A DNA stretch of 64,000 nt. It comes from Chiloscyllium plagiosum (lineage: Eukaryota). Positions 1-12,589 of the stretch are shown here, piece after piece; the first letter of the stretch is position 1; every line of letters begins with the position of its first letter. The notes below the pieces were generated by a model, which made no database searches, had not been told where the DNA came from, and worked only from the letters and a program-made list of their open reading frames with translations. Both the position numbers and the translations under genes were made by a program. The stretch is taken from contig NC_057719.1 of NCBI RefSeq assembly GCF_004010195.1, forward strand, positions 50,767,008 through 50,831,007, read 5' to 3'.

Positions 1-344
1 AAGACAATATCATTACAGTTTTCCATGCTCTGTATCAGTGCGCAACACACATCATGTCCTGTGAAGGTAGCTGGAAACAATTGTCTCCCTGAAAATGTTT
101 TTAGGGCAGAACTCTTTGTTCAGAAGAAAGAGTTGCTCCCATGAAATTGAGCACCCATCAAATCAAATGCTGAACTGTTTTCAAGATTTGTTCATAATCC
201 AATAGATAAAACACTAGCACAGACTCTGGAATTCCTAAATTGAGTTTCTTCAGCCTTTGACATAACCTTTCGAACTCCCTGAGATATTCTTCTGTGAACT
301 GAAATTCCATCTTACTAAATACAGCAAATACTGATCTTTTTATT

Positions 345-552
345 AAATACCGAAAGCACTGCAGATGCTGTAAAACAAAAACAAAAATAGAGATTGCTGG
401 AAAAGCTCAGTAAGTCTGATAGCACCTGTGGAGAGAAATCAGAGTTAATGTTTCAAGTCAATTGACCCTTCTTCAACCTGAAACATTAACTCTGGTTTCT
501 CTCCACAAATGCTACCAGACCTACTGAGCTTTTCCAGCAAGCTCTATTTTTG
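345..552. mobile_element. Palindromic PLE-terminus-derived short element
   Basis: Inverted arms ~382-458 / ~476-552. Degenerate HHR-like core on the minus strand (TTGAAGA-AGGGTC-AATT-GACTT-GAAAC). Imperfect TSD tgatctttttattaaat (332-348) / tgatcctttttgtaaat (551-567). Confidence 0.75.
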
Positions 553-1229
553 ATCCTTTTTGTAAATTCTGTCTATAAAACATTTTGGAAACTCAAATTA
601 GAATTTTCAATTCCTCTTTGGTATCCAGCTCTGTTACATCCAGTTCTAAAATTATTTTCGACTTTATTCCTTCCTGCCTTTCTGCTTCTTGTTCAGAAAA
701 AGCAACTTGAATCCAAATTTCCACTTCATTCTTCCCCTACCTATATTGCTGCAATTCCAACAACAATGATGGATAATCATAATTTGTGATCCTGTAGTGT
801 GACTCAGCCATTTCACTTCAAAAGCCACTGGGAATTTTGTTTCTGCTATAAACAAGAACTACCTCATTTTTAATCTTCTGACCTCTGTCTGAGTCTTAAA
901 GATACTGCATTTATAACTCTTGACAGTTCCTGGAAGGATTGAAGAGCCTGTGGTAAGGGGAATGATGGGCTGGGTTTTGTAGAGCAGGCAGCAAAGAACG
1001 AAGGACACAGACAGTAGTGTTTTTGATGAGGTCAGGATTACAAAGGGAAAATGTCAGAGTCCAGCTCAGAGTGCAATACAATAGACAAGTCTAGAACAAA
1101 TAATAGTGTGGATAAGAAGCAAAATATTGGTGGAATGACATTTAGGTGAATTGCTCCTTTGGACCACCAAATACAGGCAATAGGTCAAATAGCTTTCTTC
1201 TATGCTGTAACCATTCTGTGACAACTATT

Positions 1230-1620
1230 TTCCAGACTAGCAATTACTGTTTTAATTATTAACACATTTTTGGATCCTTCACTGGCCTCTCTTCCTTCCC
1301 CTATAACTTTCTGTAGCCCTATGACCCTCTGAGATCACTGCGTGTCTCCAAGTCTGCTTTCTTAAGTCCAATTTTTATCACTCCACAATTGGTGGCTGTG
1401 TCTGCAGTTGCCTGATCTGTAAATGCTAGAAATCCCTCCCTTAGCTTCTCCACATCTCTAACTTTCCGTATCAAAACCAGCTCTTTGACCAAATTTTTGG
1501 TTCCTTCTCCTAATATCTCCTTACGTGATTCTAAGTTTGATAACATTGTTGTTAAGTGACTGACATATTGTACAACATTTTAAACATTATAAAAATGCAA
1601 GTTGCAGTTATCATGTCCAT
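1230..1620 (+). mobile_element. Old L2-like LINE 3' end remnant
   Basis: Degraded pyrimidine-rich 3' segment with a related copy at ~47050-47185. Family recognised from memory only. Confidence 0.4.
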
Positions 1621-2864
1621 AACCACATTTCTGGTTCAACCATAGAAGAAAGTAGGAACCTGAATTTAGGTTATAAAATGAACAGCAGCTTTCATGAAAG
1701 CTAAGAATCTGTTGGTCACTGATGGTTTAGTGGGTAAATACATCATCCATGATACTGAACCACAAAGACAGAAATTTGTCATCTAAAGGTTGCTAAATCT
1801 GATATCAAGTGTACAATCCAATAGTCATTGCTAGTTGTGGAAAGCCAGCCATGCAGTGCCTTGGTGCATATCTTATGTAGATAAATAATGTGGGACGAGA
1901 GTGTTTAGCTGAGCTCTGTTGAGGCTGTGATCCCATTAAATATACTGGTGAAATGCAGCTAGTTCCAGGTAATGCTGTGCCATTGAAGGTCATTCAGCTA
2001 CCCTGCTGGCGAGCATCATTGAAGAAGCATTGAACTTTAGTCCCTGCATTAATAAGAAGGCTCCCTGTACATACACTCAAAATTCATAAAGGGCATTGGA
2101 AGCAAATGAAGCTTTAAGTGAAGAATATTAGAGAAGGCACGTTGAAATGCCAAATGAGATACTAATGGCAAATGTTTACGAGTAAGAAATCCTTGCATTA
2201 TTAATTCTTTTTGTACTTAAGAATTTTATTGCCGATGAATGCATATTAAATTGTACCTTTGTAATTCAGAACCAATTAAAATCTTTAAAAGAGAGATCTT
2301 TTTCTTTAGTTTCCACAGTTTGTCATTTTCCTGAAGTTAAAACCTGAATAAAGATTCATATTCAGGGAATTTATTTTGGTTAGTAACAATTTAAGCTTCA
2401 GAACAAGTCATAATTACATTTTGTATGTTGTCATCTGCACTAAATGTGTCAAACTTCCTGCATACATATGAGTACATGTACAATTGTGGATTTATTCATG
2501 GCATTCCAGTAGACTCAGAAGAGGAATTAAATTAAGTTATTCTAAATGGTTCTAAGACTATAGGGAAAAAGCAGGAAAGTAAGATTATCTAGGAAAGAAC
2601 AGGAAACTGGAAGTGTAAGAAGTAACCCCTCAGAAGTGACCAAGTTCAGCAACAAGATCCTCTCTCCTCTAAATATTAAGTTTAAATGTCTTTATTTTGA
2701 AAACAACATCAATTACCTTTTGGGGAAAAAAATGTAACCACAGGGATTTTAGCGTTTAGACTGAACAATTAGCATTATTTTGTCTCACAATTGTCAACAT
2801 TATTTATTTCTTACTAACAAGTGTTCATGTTTTACTTGACCTATTAAGCACTGAATGAATGTTT

Positions 2865-3438
2865 TCAATATAGCTGCATTTATTATTAGTGCTACATATC
2901 GCAGTGATGGTGAGCACACACAAACAGCTGTGATGCAACAGAATGGAATGGAAGCTGCCTGGAGCAAAGATGGTATTGCCCATACCATCACATGACAGGG
3001 CTGAGTCAAATTCCTGCGTCAGCTCACTGAAATCAACGGATATTTTTCCACTGGTGTAAAAATCACTAAAAGCATTTCAGAATGACAAGGATGTTAGATA
3101 ATTGCTAGAACACTTTCAAGTAATGACAAAAAACCTTTAGTATCCTCAGACTCATATAAGTCACTGGGTTGTCTCACTTTTATTATTTTGGATAAGTTGA
3201 AAAATTAACATTTGTTTAAGGAGCAACTACAATTCATGGAAGGAATTGATTCACATGGAAAAAATAAGCTTAAGACTCTTTTACTTCATTGTACTGCCAT
3301 GGGAGTTTTGACTCAGTCCAATGGTATGATTAATTGGACAATGCCATCTTTGTTCCAGGCAGCCACCGTTCCATTTTGTTGCATCACTGCTGTTTCAGTA
3401 TATGCATGGTGCCATTGACAATAAAAGCAACTATTCAG
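2865..3438. repeat. Degenerate long inverted repeat (foldback/MITE-like)
   Basis: 2921-3014 is the reverse complement of ~3301-3396, with weaker similarity extending outward and a ~290-bp spacer. Confidence 0.7.
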
Positions 3439-3489
3439 ACTGGCCAAGATAATATTTTAGAATTTTCTTTTAACAATCATAGTGGGTAA

Positions 3490-3747
3490 GCGGTTATTCG
3501 GCCCATCGAGTACACACCAGCTCTCTGAAGAGCATCCCACCAAGCCACTCCCACCCCATCCCCGTGACCCCACATATCCCAAGGCTAATCCATCTAACCT
3601 GCGTATCTTTGGATGTGGGAGGAGATCGGAGCACTCGGAGGAAACCCACATAGAGAGTGGGAGTGTGTGCAAACTCCACACAAATAGTAATCTAAGGCTG
3701 GAATTGAACTTGGGTCCCTTGTGATGTGAAGCAGCAGCGCAAACCAT
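3490..3747 (-). mobile_element. HE1-like tRNA-derived V-SINE
   Basis: Reverse-complement match to the younger copy at 54852-55143 (central gtgggtttcctccg.gtgctcc motif, B box, CR1-like tail). Confidence 0.85.
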
Positions 3748-3989
3748 CTTTATCCAATGACAAAAAGAAATGGCCTTTGTATTATTTGATTTTTTTTAAA
3801 GGGGGATGAAATATTGTATTCTGGTTTTGTTTCTAATTTACAGCATCCATAGTTTTTCGATTTTTAAGAACCATTTTAATTGTACAGAATATTTTGTATA
3901 TTTTTCACTAAACTTTTCTAAAAGCTGTAAGCTCAGAGTGGCAAAGCTAAATTAAATAAACATAAAAATGAATAATTTAAAAATTGTGC

Positions 3990-4285
3990 AATCATAGATT
4001 CATACAGCACGGAAATAGATCCTTCACTTCCACTCATTCGCACCTTGTCCTATTTGGCAGTATTTGGCCCATATCTCTCTCGACCCTTCCTATTCATATA
4101 TCCAGATGCCTTTTAAATGTTGTTATTGTACATTCCTCCACCATTTCCTCTGGCAGCTTGTTCCATACTCACCACTCTCTGCATGAAAAAGTTACCTCTC
4201 AGGACCTTTTTAATTTTTCCTCTCTCACTTTAAATCTGTGTCCTCTAGTTGAGGACTCTTCCACCGAGGAAAAAGATCTATCTGC
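3990..4285 (-). mobile_element. CR1 (HER1-like) LINE 3' fragment
   Basis: Homologous to the ORF2 C-terminus and 3' UTR of the other CR1 copies in the window. Confidence 0.8.
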
Positions 4286-4709
4286 AATGCAGTCAGGTTA
4301 TCATTAGCTTGCAGTCACCACAATGACACTGTTGACAGTTCTGTGGTTAATGGTGGTGACAGCTTTCAGGCAGCCATCTCCTGACATAATGAAACACTTG
4401 ATTTATTATTTTGTGACAGGCTATATTAGATATTAAAACAATGTGCTGCCTCCATAGAAAGCTAGGAAATAACCATTATGAATCATGCTGCATTACTATT
4501 AGATAACCATGTTGCATTAAATGCAGCTTGATACCATATAGGGCAGAGAAAGACAAAACATGCCCATGGAAAAGCAGGTTTACAGTTATTGTAAAGTAAT
4601 TAACTGTATTCTCACAAAGCAAAGCCTCCATAAGCTGCTATATATCCCAGTTATGTGAAATTACCCCTTCTTTGGCCTATCTGTAGGAATGAAGTGTTGC
4701 TCCTATTAG

Positions 4710-4945
4710 TCATGCAGCCCAGAAACAGGACCTTTGGTCCAACTTGTCCACCCCAACCAGACAACCCACTCTGAGCTAGTCCCATTTGCCAGCATTTGGC
4801 CTATATCCCTCTCAACCCTTCCTATTCATATACCGATCCAGATGTCTTTTAAATGTTGTAATTGTATCAGCCTCCACTACTTCCTCTGGCAGCTCATTAG
4901 GTACACACACCACCCTCTGCATGGAAACGTTATCCCTCAGGTCCT
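4710..4945 (-). mobile_element. CR1 LINE 3' fragment
   Basis: Minus frame reads NELPEEVVEADTITTFKRHLDRYMNRKG, the CR1 ORF2 C-terminus. Confidence 0.85.
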
Positions 4946-5117
4946 TCTTAAGTCTGTTGAGGGTAGTTTTTTTTCTGGCTTTGGTATAGTTATACATATG
5001 GAAGTCATTGATTTAAATCAAGAAAGAAGACTTATTTTAATAACATCGCTGCACCTAATTATAATAGCTAATCCAATTGTTTTTCTACTCATTCACTTCA
5101 ACATTTGTCAGTATTGA

Positions 5118-5328
5118 GTGGCACTCGAAAAGCACAGCAGGTCAGGCAGCATCTGAGGAGCAGGAGAGTCAATGTTTCAGGCATAAGCCCTTCATCAGGA
5201 ATGCCTGATGAAGGGCTTATGCCTGAAACATCAACTCCTCTGCTACTCGGTAGCTGCTTGACCTGCTGTGCTTTTCCAGCACCACACTTTTTGACTGATC
5301 TCCAGCATCTGCAGTCCTCACTTTCTCC
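5118..5328. mobile_element. Palindromic PLE-terminus-derived element with two divergent HHR-like cores
   Basis: Arms 5118-5199 / 5204-5285. CTGATGA (5205-5211)-AGGGC TTAT GCCT-GAAA (5225-5228) plus a mirror copy. TSD catttgtcagtattga (5102-5117) / catttatcagtattga (5329-5344). Confidence 0.85.
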
Positions 5329-6379
5329 CATTTATCAGTATTGACTCATCAGGTGGTCAGGAACAAGCAAGGTTTTTAATATTTATCAAATATAAATGAG
5401 TGACAGTATTGCTGCAGTTTATGATTAAATCTGAATTAAAAACCAAACTAGTCGCATTAATTATCAACTTAAAAATTTGTCTCTTCCTCACAAGGAGGTC
5501 AACTGTTCCTGTGAGGAAAGTTTTAAATGAATAGCACTGGAGTAAAGAATACTTGAGAAATATGAGGAACCAAATTGTGGACAGATGGGAAACAGTCTAA
5601 GATGTGTTTGAAGTTAATGTGCATTATTATGATTAAGGTTGGTGAGCTGCACATACAAATTGCTACATGAAACAATGAAAAATAAAGAGACCTAGCTCAT
5701 AGCAAGATTTACTTGATTGAGCATTTTGAAGACATTTAGGAAAGATTGGAAGGGAGAAAGGGGACAGCAGTACTGTGCAAATAAACTGTAATACCACTCG
5801 CTTGCTCAATGGTGATACTACTGAGCCGCTCTTTGGGATTAACATTGTAGGCCCCCCCACCTAGAGTACATCCTGTGCCCCTGGCATGCTCAGTGCTTCT
5901 TCCAATTTTTGTTCAACATGGAGCTGTACAAATTCACCAGCTGAGAGGAAGGTGTGGTGATCACTATCTGCAGGAGATTTCCTTCCTTGTGTTTAATCTG
6001 ATGCTATAAGACATCATGAGACCCGGATATAATACTGAGTGTTGCCAGGGTCATATCCTGCCATCTGTATTCCTCTGTCGTGCCACCTCTACACTGAAGG
6101 GAAATGATGCATCCAGCTATGATGAGGTATTGACTAAAAGGTATGATTTTAAGAGTATAACTTTGTCAGGCTGTTTCTTTCATCTTGGAAAGCTTCCCAA
6201 TTTTGGTATTGGTTAATGAAGAGGACTTTGAATCATCAACTGGTCAGGTTGTAGCATTGTTATTTCTGGTGTCTGGACTGGGCTGTGCTGTGTGGAATGC
6301 CCGATTTAGTTCTTTGTTAACTTTCCTATAGTGATTTGATCTAACCAACTGGTTTTCTAAACTATTTCATAAGGTGGTT

Positions 6380-6640
6380 TTCTAGGCCTTTTCAGAGGGT
6401 TGTTTGAGTAAACTATATTGCTGTGGTTCTGGAGTAAAATTGTGGACTACACCAGGTAAGGATGGCAGATTTGCTTACAGAAAAGGCATTTTTTATGACA
6501 ATCCGTTATTTTCATAAAGATTTCATAGTTATCGTCACCAAGGCAAACATTTTAAGATTTTCTAATGTATTAATTTGAATATCATCAGCGACCATTATGG
6601 GATTGGAGCTTGGGATTTTGAAACATTAGTCTGGGCCTCT
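6380..6640 (-). mobile_element. Old tRNA-head SINE-like repeat
   Basis: Shares the ccaggtaaggatggcagattt motif with copies at ~8070-8380 (-), ~18780-18935 (+) and ~49270-49640 (+). Confidence 0.6.
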
Positions 6641-7150
6641 GAATAGAATAGAATAGCCTTCATTGTCACATATACTCAATGAGTACAGTGAAAAGTTTAC
6701 ATGTAGTCAATTTTAGCACCAACTTAGATACAAAAGTATCTTGGCATAGCTTCTTTAGTTACAAGATTTTAGACAGTACAGAAATAAAAATTCAGTACAG
6801 CAGACCACACTCTCTTCAGCGTAGAGGTGGCACGACAGTCTGCGCTGGGCTCTGGCTCCACTCCATGCTGGCAACAAGCCACATTTGGAGGTTGCCACAT
6901 CAGGCTGGGAGGCCGCTGTGCCAGGCTGGGAGACAGATCGCTATCACAGGCCGGGAGACCACCACATCAAGCAAGGAGGAAGGCCGCCATGCCAAGCCAG
7001 GAAGTTGCCATGCCAGGCTCGGAGGTAGCCGCGCCAGGTTGGGAGATTGCTGGGCCAGGCTAGGAGGCCACCACACTAGGCCAGAAGGGAGGTCACCGGG
7101 CCAGGCCAGGAGGTCGCCACGCCAGACCTGGAGGCCCCTGCAGGAGGAGG
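6641..7150 (-). mobile_element. Non-autonomous retroposon with L2-like 3' tail and internal 21-bp minisatellite
   Basis: (gaata)n tail and attgtcacatatactc motif shared with 36307-36675 and 38626-39581. About 11 degenerate ~21-bp GC-rich units at ~6888-7135. Confidence 0.65.
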
Positions 7151-7427
7151 GTATTGGATTACTAGTTTAATTTTTATTCTTATCATAGGAAGTAAGCATT
7201 GCTGGCAATATCAACATTTTTTTCCCATTCATAATTGCCTACAAGAAAAATGTAGCCACCTCCTTGAACTGTTGCTGTCCACTTTTGAATTTCTGAATAT
7301 CAAAATAAGTTAAGCAGAAGTGCTCTGCGATAGCTGTCCATTAAAATACCATGGTTTCCATTTTTGTAATTCAGCTGGATATTGATTAATTTCAATCTTG
7401 ATTTAAAATGTCCTCATCACTGAAGAC

Positions 7428-7520
7428 ACTGAAGAAGAGCTTATGCCCGAAATGTTGACTCTCCTGCTCCTCAGATGCTGCCTGACTAGCTGTGCTTTTC
7501 CAGCACCATATTCTTCGACT
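7428..7520 (+). mobile_element. Single-arm PLE terminal fragment with degenerate HHR-like core
   Basis: CTGAAGA-AGAGC TTAT GCCC-GAAA followed by the same arm sequence as 5229-5295. Confidence 0.7.
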
Positions 7521-10500
7521 CAAAATGCCAAGGCTGAGTTGCATAATATCTCTGGTGACTTTTATTATGCCTGTGCTATGAAGCAGCTTTGCCTTTAATG
7601 TCCAGGTCTGACCTGATTCATATCAGGTTGATTGAAGTTCACCCTGAAATGTGTTCTTTTGACTACATTTCTTATGACTTCATGGAGTAATTTTGTTTGT
7701 ACTGATCTGGAGTTCCAGTGCATGGCCCTGGTTGGACTTTTGTTTTCCAGTTGGAGAAATCAACCTGGAATTGCTGTTTTTGCATTTTTCTTCTGCATCA
7801 CAGTTCAATAATTTCTTTGACCTGCCAGGTGTTGTGTCTGGCTGCACCAACTCCTTATATATATTTTCTTGCATAATCTTTCCATGACTATCAAATGGTA
7901 ATATGAATATATTAGTTCCTGCCCTCTGGGATTGGTCAAGGTTCTGATTGTTATAATGTAAATGGTTCCATGTTGTTCCTGTTGTCTCCAAATTTAGCTT
8001 CTTATTGCTGATTCTTGTGGCATTTGTATTATTCATCAAGGTTTATATTTGCCTGTTTCTATTTCCTTTATTCTTTCATGGATGTTATAGTCAAGGACCA
8101 CTGTTGATTGTTTATGGCTAAAAGCCTTTGAACTGAGTGGGTTTTGAGGTGCATATAGGGCAGACCTGGTCAGGATGGCAGATTTCCAGCTCTAAATGGA
8201 TTTGATGAATCAGGTGGACTCTTGTAAGAATTAATGTTAGTTTCATGACAACATCATTGAAACTAACATTTTGTATTCTCGCTTTCTAAATAGAGTTTAA
8301 ATTCCACCAGCTGCCATGGTTCATCCAGAACATTAGGCCCTCCGGATTACTAGTTAACTGACATTACTACCATTTCACTGTCTTCCCCAACCTTCAAATC
8401 AGGATAGGGCCAAAATACTTGGGCTGTGTTCATTAGAGAACAGAAGAATCAAGGTACATATGATTGAGGTTTTCATGTTAAAGGAATCAGGAATGTAGAT
8501 AACTGCAGTTCTGTTACAGAACCCAAAATGAAGCCATTTGGTCTATTACTTCATGTTAGTGTTTACCTTCCACTCAACAGTTGTCCTAATCCCATATCCT
8601 CACCATTCTTCCATTCCTTTTAATACTTCTCTCTTTCAAACATTTCTGACACTTTATTCTTAATGTTGATTCTTAATGTCTGCTTCAGTCATCATTGCTT
8701 CACAATGCTGTGTAAAAAGAAAAAAAAGTTTTGTATTCTATCTCTTTCAAATAATCTTATATCTATGCCATCTTATGTCCTAGCATTCAACCACCAAAAA
8801 CAGTTTGTTTATATCTACCCATTGTTAATCTTTCACACAGTTAAACGTACATCTCAAATAATTCTATCATCTTCTCTCTTCCTAATGAAAATATTAACAA
8901 TTTTGATCCACTCTTTGTATTTGTATTTTGTAATATTAGATGACTTCCCGGTTAATGTGTATCATCCCCTCTGTGTCGATCAATGGTTTTTCCATAGTGT
9001 GGAACCCAGAGCAGTATGCAGTATTCCCAATTTTACCTTAGTAAAATTTTATGTCAACCTGCCTCACTTTTCAATTTTTTCATCTGTAACTCTTTCCATA
9101 AAACTCAAACGTAGCTTAGCTTGATTTTTTTTTTGCAGGATGTGGGTGTTACTGACAAGGCCAACAACTTGTATAGTATGTAGCACATCATCTACAGTGT
9201 CAGTGAATGCCATCAGCTTGCTTTTTGCCTCTTCCACCATTATCTTCTTGCATCTTCCTTTTATACACAATTATTTTTCTTCAAAACCTCTTGTTCTAGT
9301 AATGTGCGAATTTGACAAATAGTCCCTCTTGGTCTTAACACAAATTATTGATATGATCAATAAACATAAGTAGGTTCTTGACATCAAAACTTAATGCATC
9401 GCTATCCACTTGCAATCAGCCTGACAAGCTATTCTAAATTTCTACTCTCTCTTTCTTCCTTCTAACCTTTTTAAAATTAATTTATTTTTACTCTCCAAGT
9501 TTTGTAGCCTTAAATATCACAAATACTCACTTTTGTTCTGCCTTGATGGTAGTTGTCTGAAATTCCAATTGTACTATGTGTCATTCCACCATATCTGTCA
9601 TTTCCTAATACTGTGATGATGAAATTTATTAGAATGTAATAATTACAACTTTAATTATATGTTCCAAATTTTCTTTATCTCAGTTGCAAAACTGACTGAC
9701 TTGTAATTACCTAGGTTAGCTCAGTTTTCCTTTTCAAAAATTGATATTCCTTTCACCACTCTCTTGTTCTTCAGCACAAATTCATTATCAATATAATTTC
9801 AAGGGCATCACTTTTCCCTTATCCACGAAATGTGCTGAGAGTGTGGAAGATCAAACTTAGGAATTTTTATTGTGAGAGATGGCTTTGACATGAGAATAAG
9901 GTGAGGGTGACAATTGGTGACAGCTGATCAGATGGAAATGTGAGGAAATGTCTTGAATGATAGGAATGAGTGAAGCTGAAAGCTGAGTTTATCTCAGCAG
10001 TTCTGTTCAAACAAAGACTAGAGAAGTCAGTGTTGGGAGTTTGACACTTTACTACTCACCATTTTGCCATGATAAATTCATTGAACTTCTCGCAGCACAC
10101 TATCTTGGAGTGAATCCTCACCCTCCTACTACTTAGTTTTTCTGCCACTTCAAACCACACTGTCCTGTAAGCCAACCTTTTTCCTCTCATCAGCTAGGAG
10201 GAGTATCTCTCTTAGTATGGTGTGAAAGAGAGTCCGAGAGAACTTTAGGCAGCTTTTAGAATTAATGAATAGTTACAGCATGAAAAGAGGCCATTGGCTC
10301 ACTGAGTTTGTACCAGTCCTCTGCAAGAGCAATTTAACTTGACCAGTTAAATTCCTGCAATTTTTTTTATTGTTAGTGCTCAGCCAGTTCTCATTTCTAA
10401 GCCATAATTGAACCTGCCTGCACTAACTCTCCCAAGACAGTGCATTCCATATCCTAACCACTCATTGCATAAGAAAAATGTTTTCTCATGTTCCCTTTGG

Positions 10501-10792
10501 TTCTTTTGCCAATTACCTTAAATTTGTGTCCTCTGCTTCTCGATACTTTCACCAAACCAGTTTCTCTCTCGGTATAATCCCCATTGAAACCAATAACTTC
10601 TAAAAATAAATTTGAACTTCCATGAATAGCTGAAATGGTCTCATGCAAGACTTCAAGTTTTAAAACTTTTCTTGTAGCACACAGACTTAAAGTAACATTG
10701 ACTAAAAATTATTTTCAAAGGTAACTTATATTCTAAACTACAAAACAGTTCCCCCTGATTATCATTTGGAAAGATTGAATGTTGCTTGCTAC

Positions 10793-10912
10793 ATTCTGGA
10801 TTAGTGGTGCTGGAAGAGCACAGCAGTTCGGGCACTGCCTGAACTGCTGTGCTCTTCCAGCACCACTAATCCAGAATCTGGTTTCCAGCATCTGCAGTCA
10901 TTGTTTTTACCT
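10793..10912. mobile_element. Palindromic PLE-derived element, centre deleted
   Basis: 42-bp arms 10793-10834 / 10836-10877 (1 mismatch, 1-nt loop). Tail ccagcatctgcagtc shared with the 5118 element. TSD tgttgcttgctaca (10780-10793) / tgttgcctgctaca (10913-10926). Confidence 0.85.
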
Positions 10913-11394
10913 TGTTGCCTGCTACAGTTACTCTTTACTGTCCTTTAAATTATAAAGTCATAACGATGTATAGCACGGAAAGAGACCCTTCTGTCTAACT
11001 TGTCCATGCCAACTAGGTATCCTAAATTAATCTTGTCTCATTTTACAGCACTTGGCCCATATCCCTCTTGACACTTCATTCCCCAGGAGCCAGTCCAAAG
11101 TGATTCTTAGTTCCTTTTTCCTTTTCCATCCAGATAACCTGTAATCTAAAACTGACTTCTACAATATGGGTCATTCTGGCAATACCTCCCTCTTGTCAAA
11201 TCTAGCATTAATTAAAACCATCATGACCCCATTCTCTTCAATCTGAGCACAAGCTTCCAGCTGATTTTAGATACTGAATAAGAGAGACTTGCTGATTCTA
11301 TTTAGCTTTTCTCTCTTTCTTTCTTTCACACACACAGATCATTGTAAACTGATTCTGTCCATGATATACAGTGATATTAGGGCAGTTGGACAAT

Positions 11395-12130
11395 AGCTTT
11401 ATATTCTAGTCCTTTCGAATTAAATGCCAACATTTCATTTGCCTTCCTAACTATCGAATCAACCTGCAAGTTAACCTTAAGAGAATCCTGGACTAGGACT
11501 TCCAAGTCCCTTTGCACTTCAGATTTCTGAATTTTCTCCCCCTTTAAGAAATTGTTTATGCCCTTATTTTTCCTGCCAAAGTACATGACCTCACACTTTC
11601 CTACATTGTATTCCATCTGCCACTTTGCCCTGTCCTAACCTGTCTAAATCCTTCTGCAGCCTCCCCACCTCCTCAATACTTCCTGTCCCTCCACCTATCT
11701 TTGTATCATCTGCAAACTTAGCCAGAATTCCCTCAGTTCCTTCATCTCAATCATTCATGTATAAAGTGAAAAGTTCTGGTCTCAACACTAATCCCTGTGG
11801 AACATCACTAGTCTCTGGCAGCCATCCTGAGAAGGACCCTTTTATTCCCACTCTCTGCTTTCTGCCAGACCGCCAATCTTCTATCCATGCTGGTACCTTG
11901 ACTTTAACACCATGGGCTCTTATCTTACACAGTAGTCTCCTGTTCGGCACCTTGCCAAAGGTCTTCTGGAAGTCCAAGTAGATAACATCCATTGACTGTC
12001 CTTGGTCTAACCTGTTCATTACCTCCTCAAAGAATTCTAACATATTTGACAGGCATGACCTCCCCTTGATGAAATCATGCTGACTTTGCTGTACTTTACC
12101 ATATGCTTCCAAGTATTCTGAAATCTCATG
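11395..12130 (-). mobile_element. CR1 LINE reverse transcriptase fragment
   Basis: Minus ORFs read QHDFIKGRSCLSNMLEFFE..DVIYLDFQKTFGKVP..VPQGLVL and KCEVMYFGRKN. Confidence 0.9.
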
Positions 12131-12589
12131 CCAAGGTCAGGCTAATTGGCCAGAGCCAATCTGGTCATTGTTTAGACAAGGCAAACTGCACACTGAAATA
12201 CAGCATAGCAAAGTCATCCTGCGGGATAATGGCAACACTGATCAGATTATTTCTCACTGTATATCACATAAATTGATGAATGGGCCTACGGCTTTCACTT
12301 TTGGTCTTGAAAAGTGTCACGTCTACCTCAGATAATTCTGGAAAGGTAAAAAGATTGAAAGCTTTTTTTATGTTCAATCATGGGATGTTGACATCGTTGG
12401 CTAAAACCGCATTTAATGTCCATCCCTGGTTACCCTTGAGAAAATGGTGGTAAGCAACCTTCTTGAATCTCTGTAGTCCATTTGCTGTAGGTGGACCATT
12501 AGGGAAGGGATTAAGCAACAAGAGAAATGAGAGGAAATGCCTTTAATGAGAGGAACGTAGTAGCAACATGAGTAGTGGCATGCCGCTAC

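Noticed and set aside
6888..7135. CRISPR-like array
   Set aside because: Units are contiguous and degenerate with no unique spacers, and the context is eukaryotic.
6679..7170. 163-aa ORF with repetitive ARLGG/GR motifs
   Set aside because: It is a by-product of the GC-rich 21-bp minisatellite in a retroposon, which lacks stops by composition.
10793..10877. miRNA precursor
   Set aside because: The hairpin is explained by a TSD-flanked repeat insertion. Small-RNA production cannot be judged from sequence.
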